DNA from: Candidatus Poribacteria bacterium
GTDB taxonomy: Bacteria > Poribacteria > WGA-4E > WGA-3G
Direction: 5' to 3'
NCBI GenBank assembly: GCA_963663765.2
Contig: CAXXUA010000004.1
Location: forward strand, 1,024,001-1,088,000
Length of the DNA: 64,000 bases
Of this stretch, positions 20,701 through 30,451 are shown in pieces (the stretch's first letter is position 1; every line of letters begins with the position of its first letter). The notes under the pieces are model-generated. The model saw only the letters and a list, made by a program, of their open reading frames with translations. It did no database searches and was not told where the DNA came from. Both the position numbers and the translations under genes were made by a program.

Positions 20701-21023
20701 CAGGACTTACGCAGTTTTCATGATTTAATCAAGAATTATGTTGAAAATGATGTAATACCATTTTCATGTGATAATGTCTCATTAGCAGCGGAAATCTGGT
20801 AGGAGCGACCTCCCGGTCGCTCCTACCGAAGAGAGTAACCCCTGCCAGTAAACAGTAGAATTCCTTAATGAGACAAGATTTATTTGAATTGGTATAATTA
20901 TCAGCTTTTTTATAGGTTTCCAGCGCGCTTACAAAGCACGCCTACCGTATGAGAAATATTTATTACCCAATTAATAAATTAATCTTCATCAAAGCACGCC
21001 TACCGTTCGGTGCGTAAGTCCTG
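20701..21023. mobile_element. MITE with CAGGACTTACGCA TIRs and a nested TACC..GGTA element
   Basis: 13-bp TIRs at 20701 and 21011-21023; internal REPs. Confidence 0.8.
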
Positions 21024-21082
21024 CAAAGATATTATAGTTGTCATAGCAATCATTAGATTTCGCTTAAGAATATTTACTATAA

Positions 21083-21802
21083 ATGTTAGAAAATAGACGA
21101 TTCTTTCTGCTATTTATGTTATTGATTATTTCAGTTAACCTGTTGCATGCAGCACCGTTAAAAACGCTATCTTTAAATTTCACGCGTGAGTTAACCGAAA
21201 ACGGAAATACAGATGAAACTGAGGGGGTACTGCACTACGATGCAAAAAATGCAATAGTTGTCATTGAAGTTACCAAACCCCTCAGACAGATAATGATTGC
21301 GAAGGAAAACAAATTAGAAATCTATTATCCTGTTGAAAAACAAGCATTTCGTTTTATTTCAAAAGGTCCAATCCCGCTGCCACTCGTTGAATCTATCATA
21401 CAAACCACACAAGCCGAATTTGGATTAACTGCATTAGGATATACGTTTGATAAGCATGAAATTGTAGACAAGGTTCTGTATACTTATTGGAATCCACATG
21501 AAAAGGTGAAAGAACAACTTGGTGTTGCTATTTTAGGTATGCGTGACGATAAACTCATTTCTTCGGAGGTTAAGAATCCAAAGGGGCATCTAATCGCAAG
21601 GACACTCTATGAGAACCATTACAAGACTGGAACGAATTTTATTCCCATGAACGTTTCAGCTACTATATATGACGAAGAAGCCAAAGTGTTAAGATCTGAA
21701 AAAATCAATTATAGCGATCCAAAAGTGAATGTGAAGTCACAAAACCCAATGCTAAATTTCAACATTCCAAAATCTATAAAGGTAAAAGAGATTAAATGGT
21801 AA
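21083..21802 (+). CDS. Secreted protein, LolA-like fold suspected
   Basis: Signal peptide; beta-rich F.RE...G.L.Y...IEV.KP..Q pattern; C-terminal F.F.IPK..KV. Confidence 0.6.
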   Translation: MLENRRFFLLFMLLIISVNLLHAAPLKTLSLNFTRELTENGNTDETEGVLHYDAKNAIVVIEVTKPLRQIMIAKENKLEIYYPVEKQAFRFISKGPIPLPLVESIIQTTQAEFGLTALGYTFDKHEIVDKVLYTYWNPHEKVKEQLGVAILGMRDDKLISSEVKNPKGHLIARTLYENHYKTGTNFIPMNVSATIYDEEAKVLRSEKINYSDPKVNVKSQNPMLNFNIPKSIKVKEIKW

Positions 21803-22233
21803 ATAGTAATATTTTTTACTTTCTTGTTCTAACTTGTATATGCTGCTTGTTATTGGCTTTGCCTTTACGGTCGGTTGTAGCAGATGAAGTTGCGGATCTA
21901 TCGTTTATACTTGATGTCAATCCCATCTCAACCCCGAATTCAGAAGAAATAATTCGCTTTAATCCGAATGAGGCATCAGAGTTGAAGTTTGCAGCTACTG
22001 GTATGATACGATTGTATCAAAAATTCGTTTCCAGTCAGGATAACCCATCTTGTAATTTTACTCCATCCTGTTCACGATTTGGGATGGGTTGTATACAAGA
22101 ATACGGTGTTTTTCGGGGTATCCTTCTTGCCGCAGATAGATTACTTCGTTGTAACGGAACCCCTTCATCACACTATCATTTAGATCTAAGGACAAACAAG
22201 TACACTGATCCAATTACAGATTATGAAAACTAA
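21796..22233 (+). CDS. YidD-like (membrane protein insertion efficiency factor family) protein with signal peptide
   Basis: IRLYQKFVS...C.FTPSCS.F...I..YG...G..L..DRLLRCN motif. Confidence 0.8.
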   Translation: MVNSNIFYFLVLTCICCLLLALPLRSVVADEVADLSFILDVNPISTPNSEEIIRFNPNEASELKFAATGMIRLYQKFVSSQDNPSCNFTPSCSRFGMGCIQEYGVFRGILLAADRLLRCNGTPSSHYHLDLRTNKYTDPITDYEN

Positions 22234-23107
22234 CAAGTTCTTAGGTTTGTTTCTACTCATCCTTCTCAATGCAGTATTTCTGCGTGGTGTTTTTGCTGAG
22301 GAGTTGATTGATTACTACAGTCCTGAAAATGTCCTCAAATTTGCTGATGACCTATTTGCACAAGGAGATTACCTTCGTGCTGTCGGTGAATATCAGCGTT
22401 ATATGTTTATTCAACCAAAGGATAGTGATATGATTCGGTATAAAATTGCAGTTTGTTATCGTTTAGGTGGAAGAGTTGAAAATGCGATCCAATCATTCAA
22501 GCAGTTATTAAATGAATCATCGGACAACAAAACTAAAAGTGCTACTTATTATCAGATAGGTGTTTCTTATTTCTTAATGCAGCAGTATCGTGAATCAATC
22601 AACTTTCTGGATACATCTTTACCGCAAATATCTGACGAACCATTTCGGATAGAATCCCAACAACTCATTGGACTTTCATATCTGATGAATCATGAATGGA
22701 GTTCTGCAGAGAAGATATTTAACGAACTGAAAGAAACGGATATTTTAGGAGCAAGACAAAAAGCGAGTGTATTTAGCGAATATGCAAATAAGGGTTCAAA
22801 TCTTCCGAAACGCAGTCCGTTATTTGCAGGATTTCTTTCAACCATAGTGCCTGGAGCCGGAAGATTGTATACGGGACGTTTTGGTGATGCGTTGACTTCT
22901 CTTATCACAGTGGGAATAACGGGGTGGCAGGCTTATGACGGTTTCAGTAGTGACGGCCTTTCGTCTGTAAAAGGTTGGACTCTTGGAACTTTGTGTGGTA
23001 TATTCCATGCTGGAAACATTTACGGGTCTGTGATTTCAGCAAAGGTATACAATCGTCATGTTGCAGATGAGTTTTTGACCACACTGTCAATTGAATTTCC
23101 ATACTGA
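22223..23107 (+). CDS. Secreted TPR protein with hydrophobic C-terminal region
   Basis: Signal peptide; TPR-like helices; SP..AG.LS..VPGAG.LY.G motif. Confidence 0.75.
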   Translation: MKTNKFLGLFLLILLNAVFLRGVFAEELIDYYSPENVLKFADDLFAQGDYLRAVGEYQRYMFIQPKDSDMIRYKIAVCYRLGGRVENAIQSFKQLLNESSDNKTKSATYYQIGVSYFLMQQYRESINFLDTSLPQISDEPFRIESQQLIGLSYLMNHEWSSAEKIFNELKETDILGARQKASVFSEYANKGSNLPKRSPLFAGFLSTIVPGAGRLYTGRFGDALTSLITVGITGWQAYDGFSSDGLSSVKGWTLGTLCGIFHAGNIYGSVISAKVYNRHVADEFLTTLSIEFPY

Positions 23108-23129
23108 TTTTATCCCGAAGAGAATTCAA

Positions 23130-23843
23130 CAGGACTTACGCAGTTTTCATGATTTGATGAAGAATTATGACGAAAATTGTGTAAATTTCAGCAATTTTTC
23201 GGTTTCCAGCGCGCTTACATGAAGATTAAAAAATACTTTGGGTAATTCTACTAATCCGGCTACGGTAGGCGTGCTTTGTCCGCGCACCCCCAACTGCCAC
23301 CCAACTGCCCCCAACTGCAGGCGTGCTTTGTAAGCGCGCCAACCAACTGCCCCCCAACTGCCACCCAACTGCAGGCGTGCTTTGCAAGCGCGCCCCCCAA
23401 CTCCCTCCCAACTGCCACCTAACTGCAGGCGTGCTTTGTAAGCGCGCCAACCAACTGCCCCCCAACTGCCACCCAACTGCAGGCGTGCTTTGTAAGCGCA
23501 CCCCCCAACTGCCACCCAACTGCCCCCACCTGCAGGCGTGCTTTGTAAGCGCACCTGCCACCTGCCCCACCACCTGCAGGCGTGCTTTGTCCGCGCACCC
23601 CCGATGGTAGGCGTGCTTTGTAAGCGCACCCCCGATGGTAGGCGTGCTTTGTAAGCGCACCCCCGATGGTAGGTGTGCTTTGTAAGCGCACCCCCGATTG
23701 TAGGCGTGCTTTGTAAGCGCGCTGGCACATCAAGTCCCAAGAGCGCGCTTACAAAGCACGCCTACAATCTGAAAAATATTTATTACCCGATTAATAAATT
23801 AATCTTCATCAAAGCGCGCCTACCGTTGGGTGCGTAAGTCCTG
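23130..23843. mobile_element. CAGGACTTACGCA MITE, 5-bp TSD, with amplified REP array
   Basis: TTCAA flanks at 23125-23129 and 23844-23848; about 10 copies of G(T/C)AGGCGTGCTTTGTAAGCGC with CCAACTG microrepeats. Confidence 0.85.
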
Positions 23844-24109
23844 TTCAATTGAAGTATCATATTCAAGACTAATCTTTTGCCTTATTTTACAACCATAATA
23901 GATCGTAGAGAAAACACCTTAGGTATGACGTTATACCATTTCTAATAAATCCTGTCTCATTAAGGAATTCCAATGTTTTGCGGGTTGGAGGTTTTCTTAT
24001 CGGTAGGTGGGGAATGCCTAAATGGCATTTGTAGCATTGATTTGGGTGAATGCGCGTATAGTATGCTCCATGGTTCATATCGTTGATTTTTTGATTTGAC
24101 CTCCCGGTT

Positions 24110-24680
24110 GCAAGTGTTTTGATACATAGTCACCATACGGTCGCGACCAGGAGGTCGCTCCTACCAACGCAGGGAAGGTCGCGAGTGTTTGATACATAGT
24201 CCGCCATACGGTCGCGACCAGGAGGTCGATCCTACCAACACAGGGAAGGTGGCGAGTATTTTGATATATAGTCCGCCATACGGTCGCGACCAGGAGGTCG
24301 ATCCTACCAACACAGGGAAGGTCGTGAGTGTTTGATACATAGTCACCATACGGTCGCGACCAGGAGGTCGCTCCTACCAACGCAGGGAAGGTCGCGAGTG
24401 TTTTGATATATAGTCACCATACGGTCGCGACCAGGAGGTCGCTCCTACCAACGCAACGGTCGCGACCAGGAGGTCGCTCCTACCAAGGCGGGGAAGGTCG
24501 TGAGTGTTTTGATACATAGTCACCATACGGTCGCGACAAGGAGGTCGCTCCTACCAACGCAGGGAAGGTCGCGAGTGTTTTGATACATAGTCACCATACG
24601 GTCACGACAAGGAGGTCGCTCCTACCAACGCAACGGTCGCGACCAGGAGGTCGCTCCTACCAATGCGGGGAAGGTTGTGA
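24110..24680. repeat. Tandem REP array (~70-bp unit, BIME-like)
   Basis: About 9 copies of GGTCGCGACCAGGAGGTCGCTCCTAC with conserved linkers. Confidence 0.85.
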
Positions 24681-24739
24681 CTTGGAGGTGCTTCTTACCT
24701 GTCAAGTGTGTAATTAATTCAATAAATTACCATAAAATT

Positions 24740-25528
24740 CTATTTTGACAAACTCTTTTTTATTTTTCCCCATGTTGTTGATAGCTTTTCCTGTGGTGTA
24801 ACTGAGAGAACAGCATCTATCCCGTTGTTCATCAATTGTTGTATTTCTTGTTGAGAACGTGCAATATTGGATATGCGTACCTCGTCTAACCTACCGTCAA
24901 GGAATGGCGTCCCACCTCGTCCAATCCAAATTGCCTCATCATTTGTAATTATATCACCGTCAAAGTTATTCTCACCATCAACTTCACCGTTTATATATAG
25001 TATTGCGTTTCCAGATGCAGCGTCATAAGTTGCAGCAAGATGTATCCATTGGAGTAGTGATAAATCTGTTTCGGATGTTATATTAGCACTACCCCATGCA
25101 TTCGTGGTAGTCGCCATCCTCAGTTCAGCTTTGAAATTGCTTCGCGGACCAACCTTATATGTAGCAGCTTTTGTAACACCTACTCCACCAGATGTCGGTT
25201 CAGAGTTTAGATATAACCACATTTCTATGGTAAGACCGGTAGTTAAATCAAGACTATCATTAGCGGGTATTTCCAAGAAATCACCTTGTGCGTTTCCACC
25301 GAAAGTCAGTCCTTTCTGAAATCGTCCAGTACCTAATTCCGCACCGACATTTGTAGCATCATTACCATTCCCAGATATATCCTTGACGATATCATTACTA
25401 ACATCTTCAAATGAATATAGCAGCACAGTATTGTCATCTTGAGCAAAAGCATGTATATTAATACCACATGTAATCAGGATTAATAGTATTAACCAAGCTT
25501 TTATAGTTGTTAAATCATACATGGACAC
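24740..25528 (-). CDS. Secreted LamG (concanavalin A-like) domain protein
   Basis: Signal peptide; LYSFE..., W.HLAATYD, GRLDEVRISN; tail VTPQEKLSTTWGKIK. Confidence 0.9.
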   Translation of the reverse strand: MSMYDLTTIKAWLILLILITCGINIHAFAQDDNTVLLYSFEDVSNDIVKDISGNGNDATNVGAELGTGRFQKGLTFGGNAQGDFLEIPANDSLDLTTGLTIEMWLYLNSEPTSGGVGVTKAATYKVGPRSNFKAELRMATTTNAWGSANITSETDLSLLQWIHLAATYDAASGNAILYINGEVDGENNFDGDIITNDEAIWIGRGGTPFLDGRLDEVRISNIARSQQEIQQLMNNGIDAVLSVTPQEKLSTTWGKIKKSLSK

Positions 25529-25855
25529 GACTCCTTGATTAAAATTGTGTTGTAGAGATTCTTAGTGATCTTATTATATTTCTAAAAAAACATATCGCAT
25601 TACAGGTTTTTATGAATGTAAGTTAATAAGGCACAAACTAAAAGTTTGTGCTACAAAAAGAGACATTATATATTAGAAACGGTATTATTATATCAGAAAT
25701 AGAAAGAGTTATGACAAGAAAAATATATAAATCCGAATAAGTAAAATTAAAAAGTGTGTTTTCTATGAACAATTTTAGAACTAATTTGCCTAATCTAATA
25801 CAAATGGTTTATTAAATTTTTAGCACTTTCAGCAATACAAAACAAGGATAGATTA

Positions 25856-27994
25856 ATGAACAATAAATGCAAAATAATGATTATCTCTATCATAGTGATG
25901 TTCTCTATGGTGTTGGTTCATAATACTTGGACACAGGATACACTCTCAGACAATGAGAAAAGGTTTGACATAGATGGAAACGGAGAGCTTAATACCTCAG
26001 AAAAGAATCTGATGGAAAGAATTGAAAAAACAGAAAAAGAAAGAGGGATACAATTCAGTACTCGTCAGATTCGCGATATGAGCAATTTACAAAACAATGG
26101 CAATCGTGGTGGCAGATCGGGTAGGTCACGTGGATCCAGAACACCCACGGGACCGCGATTGAACCCAGAACAGATCCCATTCAAGGATGGTACTGCTACA
26201 ATTCCGGATCGTACGACCTTTAAGAAACTCTCTTATCAAGGTACTGAAGTGCGTATAGATACACAACTAATTGGTATTGAGTTTGTAAAGATTCAGATAG
26301 AAAATATGAACACGGATAACCCCCATCTTTATTTTATGAATACGAAGACGCATCGTTCCCATGGAAGTTTCATGCAGGCAGCGGGTTTAAGCAGAGGACA
26401 GGGCCAGATGCGGGGAGTCTTGAGTTTCCGTCCACTGTTCACATCCCCAAATGGCGAACCCGGTGTTTATACTTTTGAGTTTAATCCAAATGATGCGTTT
26501 CCGTTTACTGAAATCAAACGTGTTCATGATTTGCTTGTGTCAAAAATGCCTATATTAGAAGGTCGTCTCGGTTATTGTCCGCTTTGGGGTGCAATTGATC
26601 TCTATAGGCGCGAAAAGTCTTTGTATGATACAGCAGATTTCCCTGTATATTTTGAAGACGATCTTTATGCTAATGTTGGATACCTTCCTTTAAATACTGG
26701 GGAATCGTTTGGACGTTTGCATGTATTAGAAGCAAATGAACGTCCGAAGCCGCGCGACATCGTTATATGCAAGACATTACCTAACGAAATGCCTCGAGTT
26801 GCAGGTATTATTACAGGTGTTCGTCAGACGCCGCTATCTCATGTCAACCTGCGTGCAATACAGGACAAAGTGCCTAACGCATTCATTACAAGTGCGACTG
26901 AGAATAACTTGATCGCACCGCTGATAGGAAAATATGTCTACTACATGGTAAATGCAGATGGTTTTGATATTAGAGAAGCAACCCAACAAGAGGTAAATGC
27001 ACATTTTGCGGACTTACGTCCAGCAACTGACCAGAAACCTAAACGAAACCTATCTATTAAGAAAGTCTTAACATTAGATGAAATAACTTTCAGCAATTCT
27101 GATAGTTTTGGCGTGAAAACAGCAAACATTGCGACATTACGGACGTTTGATTTTCCAGAGGGTACCGTACCAGATGGGTTTGGAGTTCCATTCTACTTTT
27201 ATGACGAGTTTATGAAGCACAATGGTTTCTATGATACAGTAATAACTATGCTCAATGATTCAGAATTCCAGAATTCACACGACACAAAGGAAGAAGAACT
27301 TAAAAAGTTGCGGTCTGTGATCGAGAATGGAGAGATGCCGGTTTGGATGATGGCTGCTCTTTCAGAACTGCAGAATTCATTCCGAAAGGAAACATCACTC
27401 CGTTGCCGATCGAGTACAAACAACGAGGATTTACCGGGATTTAGCGGAGCGGGGTTGTATGATTCCTTTACACACAATCCAGATGAAGGTCATTTGTCAA
27501 AATCTATAAAGCAGGTGTATGCTAGTCTCTGGAATTTCCGTGCTTTTGATGCACGTGAGTTCTATCGCATAGATCATTTGACGACAGCGATGGGTGTGCT
27601 GCTTCATCCAAATTACGCTGATGAATTGTCAAACGGTGTTGCTGTAACGAATGATGTTGTATATCAGACAATTGGCAATTACTACCTTAATACGCAGGTG
27701 GGTGAAGACCTTGTAACTAACCCAAATGAACAGTCTCGACCAGAAGAAATTCTGTTGGATATGGGTGATGGTAATGTTTATAGAGTAGTTTCGAAGTCAA
27801 ATCAAATAAGTGATGGGAAACAGTTACTGACAAGTAGCCATTTGCGGGAGCTGCATCAATACCTTAGCACAATTCATAATAGATTCAGACGACTTTATGA
27901 TTCAAGTAGTGCGGATTTTGCGATGGAAATTGAATACAAAGTAACTAAAGAAGGTAATATAGCTATCAAACAAGCACGGCCCTGGGTACAATAA
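25856..27994 (+). CDS. Secreted PEP synthase/PPDK N-terminal (ATP-grasp) domain protein
   Basis: Signal peptide; EF-hand-like DIDGNGELNTSE; TPLSHVNLRA His motif; FGVKTAN, RSSTNNEDLPGFSGAGLYDS and EIEYK...IKQARP. Confidence 0.85.
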   Translation: MNNKCKIMIISIIVMFSMVLVHNTWTQDTLSDNEKRFDIDGNGELNTSEKNLMERIEKTEKERGIQFSTRQIRDMSNLQNNGNRGGRSGRSRGSRTPTGPRLNPEQIPFKDGTATIPDRTTFKKLSYQGTEVRIDTQLIGIEFVKIQIENMNTDNPHLYFMNTKTHRSHGSFMQAAGLSRGQGQMRGVLSFRPLFTSPNGEPGVYTFEFNPNDAFPFTEIKRVHDLLVSKMPILEGRLGYCPLWGAIDLYRREKSLYDTADFPVYFEDDLYANVGYLPLNTGESFGRLHVLEANERPKPRDIVICKTLPNEMPRVAGIITGVRQTPLSHVNLRAIQDKVPNAFITSATENNLIAPLIGKYVYYMVNADGFDIREATQQEVNAHFADLRPATDQKPKRNLSIKKVLTLDEITFSNSDSFGVKTANIATLRTFDFPEGTVPDGFGVPFYFYDEFMKHNGFYDTVITMLNDSEFQNSHDTKEEELKKLRSVIENGEMPVWMMAALSELQNSFRKETSLRCRSSTNNEDLPGFSGAGLYDSFTHNPDEGHLSKSIKQVYASLWNFRAFDAREFYRIDHLTTAMGVLLHPNYADELSNGVAVTNDVVYQTIGNYYLNTQVGEDLVTNPNEQSRPEEILLDMGDGNVYRVVSKSNQISDGKQLLTSSHLRELHQYLSTIHNRFRRLYDSSSADFAMEIEYKVTKEGNIAIKQARPWVQ

Positions 27995-28368
27995 CTAAGT
28001 CATACCGATATATTAGGTTATGTTTACATTTCCTTAGATTGTCATGAGTATTGATGTGAAATACACAAATCCGAGAGATCGGACTGGTAGTTTATCATTG
28101 CGCGTTGCTACACGACGGTCCTGTTTTAATCGCAGATTGGATAATCTGTTCTTGCATGGGATAGTTTCCTAAAAAGTAATATTATATAACGCTAAAATAG
28201 GCATCCCACCCCTTATTTTAGCGTTATATAAAGGAGAATACATGATAATCACATCATTAGACAGAAAGACCCCGCCAATGATTATATGTTAGCAGTGCTT
28301 TTGTTTTAATGAATTCAATGGACAACCGTTGGTATGTTACAGAACAGACACACGTCACCTTCGTCCTG

Positions 28369-28668
28369 TTATTTTAGGACAGAATGTGATCGCTCTGTCT
28401 TGCCATTTTTATGGCAGATTACAAACTCCGTTTTCTGATTTCGGCTGACTTCTCGTCCATATCGTACAGCTTCACTTTTGGTTTGAAAATACCTTGATAA
28501 TTTTCCACCACCACCACGTTTGACTTGCCATCCACCTTTATCATTTTGGATTACATAATGGGTATTCTTAGTCAACCCGTAAACGACAGATTCAGCTGCA
28601 TTTTTAATCTGATTTTTTGTAAGGTGCCCTCGTTTATACGAATCCTTGATGATCCTTCTCCTTGCCAC
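28369..28668 (-). CDS. DUF2188-like small protein
   Basis: GGWQVKR.G....SRYF.TK.EAV.YGRE.SRNQ.TE.VI..KNG; GTG start after GGAGG. Confidence 0.7.
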   Translation of the reverse strand: MARRRIIKDSYKRGHLTKNQIKNAAESVVYGLTKNTHYVIQNDKGGWQVKRGGGGKLSRYFQTKSEAVRYGREVSRNQKTEFVICHKNGKTERSHSVLK

Positions 28669-28669
28669 C

Positions 28670-29320
28670 TTAATCACCTCCTTCAATATGTTGTGGCAAC
28701 CGATTTTCTTTTGTTTGCAGCCATGCTACAACCATCCCTGTATAATCATTATAAATTAGTTTATTAGCGTTTAAATTATAGATCTTAGCCATTTTCGGCA
28801 AATCTTCCTGAAAAACTTTGTAACGTTCAAGAATGAATTCACCTCCTGGAATGTCCTTACGACCTGATGCGTTGCGTAGCCAATCTCTAATCTCTATTGT
28901 AAGTGTATAAGGGTCATTGTTGTGAGATCAAATATCTTGTCCCGATATATCTGAAATAAACATATCATAACGATTAGGGTCTTTATCCAACGCTAAGCAT
29001 TTTTTTCTTTTATTTTGTTCTTCCCCAAATCTCTTTGTTCCAAGGAAAATGCCTAATTCAAGCGGCATATTAATTCGAGGTAGACAGGTGTTTTCGTCTA
29101 ATTGCGCATAGGATATATCGTGAATACCATATCTACTGTTCGCTATAAGATTATATATCTTTTCTATCCAAACTTCACTCGTATCATCTGCTTCAAGTGC
29201 GCATTTGGCAATGAAACCACAATCATATATAGTGAACACCATAGCATTCAATAACGGGATATAATTGTCATCAAATGGGCAATTGATAAAGACATTATCG
29301 TTATAGTGATTTTCTTCCAT
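28670..29320 (-). pseudogene. Conserved NVFINCPFD protein (TIR/NDT-like fold suspected) with in-frame TGA
   Basis: The frame continues after TGA at 28928-28930 as SHNNDP...IRDWLRN... to TAA at 28670. Confidence 0.75.
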
Positions 29321-29412
29321 GACATTCTATATCTATCTCAGTTACATACCGTTTCTTAAACTACCATATTTTCAGGTATTTGAAAAACAAATTTTTACTT
29401 TTCTTTATATTT

Positions 29413-29890
29413 ACGACTTGTGCCAGTTAACTAAATGTTTATACTAAATTCACATATATTGGGTATGGTATATAACATTTCGTCCCTACGGGACTAAAGA
29501 TCATCCAAAGCAAAAGAAGGACGGTTAAATCCTCTTGTCTATGTGAAGTAATTTTTAATAAATAGTTATTTAGCACAAGTCGCTACTTTCAGGCAATTGG
29601 TAATTTTTTCTGTACACGAATCTTGTCTATGACTGGGTTTTTCCGAAGAAAAAATTACCAATTTTACCAATTAGTAATTTAACGTAAATTGAGCAATATC
29701 CTGATTTGTGCCAGTTAACTAAATGTTTATACTAAATTTACATATGTTGGGTATGATATATAAACATTTAGTCCCTATAGGACTGAAGATCGTTTCAACC
29801 TATTAGGGACACCTGCAATTAGGGACACCTGCAAAACGTTATGCTTATGTGAAACAATGGTTTACATAAAGTCATTTAGCACAACTCGTT
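29413..29890. repeat. Two MITE copies with ACTTGTGCCAGTTAAC/TTTAGCACAA ends
   Basis: Copies at ~29413-29582 and ~29702-29890; same family as 13411-14088. Confidence 0.7.
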
Positions 29891-30451
29891 ATATTTGTTA
29901 TCGTAAGCGTAACGCCTATCAAAAAATAGCGGATCTATCACGTTTCCTGTATTGAGCAAGAGGTGTGGCAAACATTTTGCTCACTGTCTGTGAGAATAAC
30001 ATCATATAAAGTGAGTTATCAAAACATAATATAGGATGTGAGATACTGAGTCTGTGAGTTGGATGAGCATGACTAATAATATCTATTTATAGTTTGTATC
30101 AAATGACCCCATGAGTTATACTTTATCTCGACCTTATTCCACAGCACCAACTTCAAGCGATGGATGCGAACCTTACCAATTCATCTTCAAACGATGAAAC
30201 AGGACACCAAGGGGAAACACAATGATACCCTAACTCCATGTTCAAAACGAACTTTATTCAGCAAGACCGGGGTAGTTGCCTTGAAATAGGGTTGATAATC
30301 ACTACCCGATTTGCTATACTTTAGACACGTTTAGCGCTAACCGCATCATTTCTCAAAGAGAATGGTAGCGATTCCAACTTAACCCACTCATCAACGATGG
30401 TTGCGAAGCTAATAAACATCAGCATTCCAGCTATCCTATGGTCATTTGATA

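Noticed and set aside
23165-24380. Repetitive ORFs (RLQSTP..., VGATSWSRPY...)
   Set aside because: Read-through of REP arrays.
28928-28930. Selenocysteine or recoding at the in-frame TGA
   Set aside because: No evident SECIS hairpin or Cys-like context, and TGA is used as a stop elsewhere in the window.
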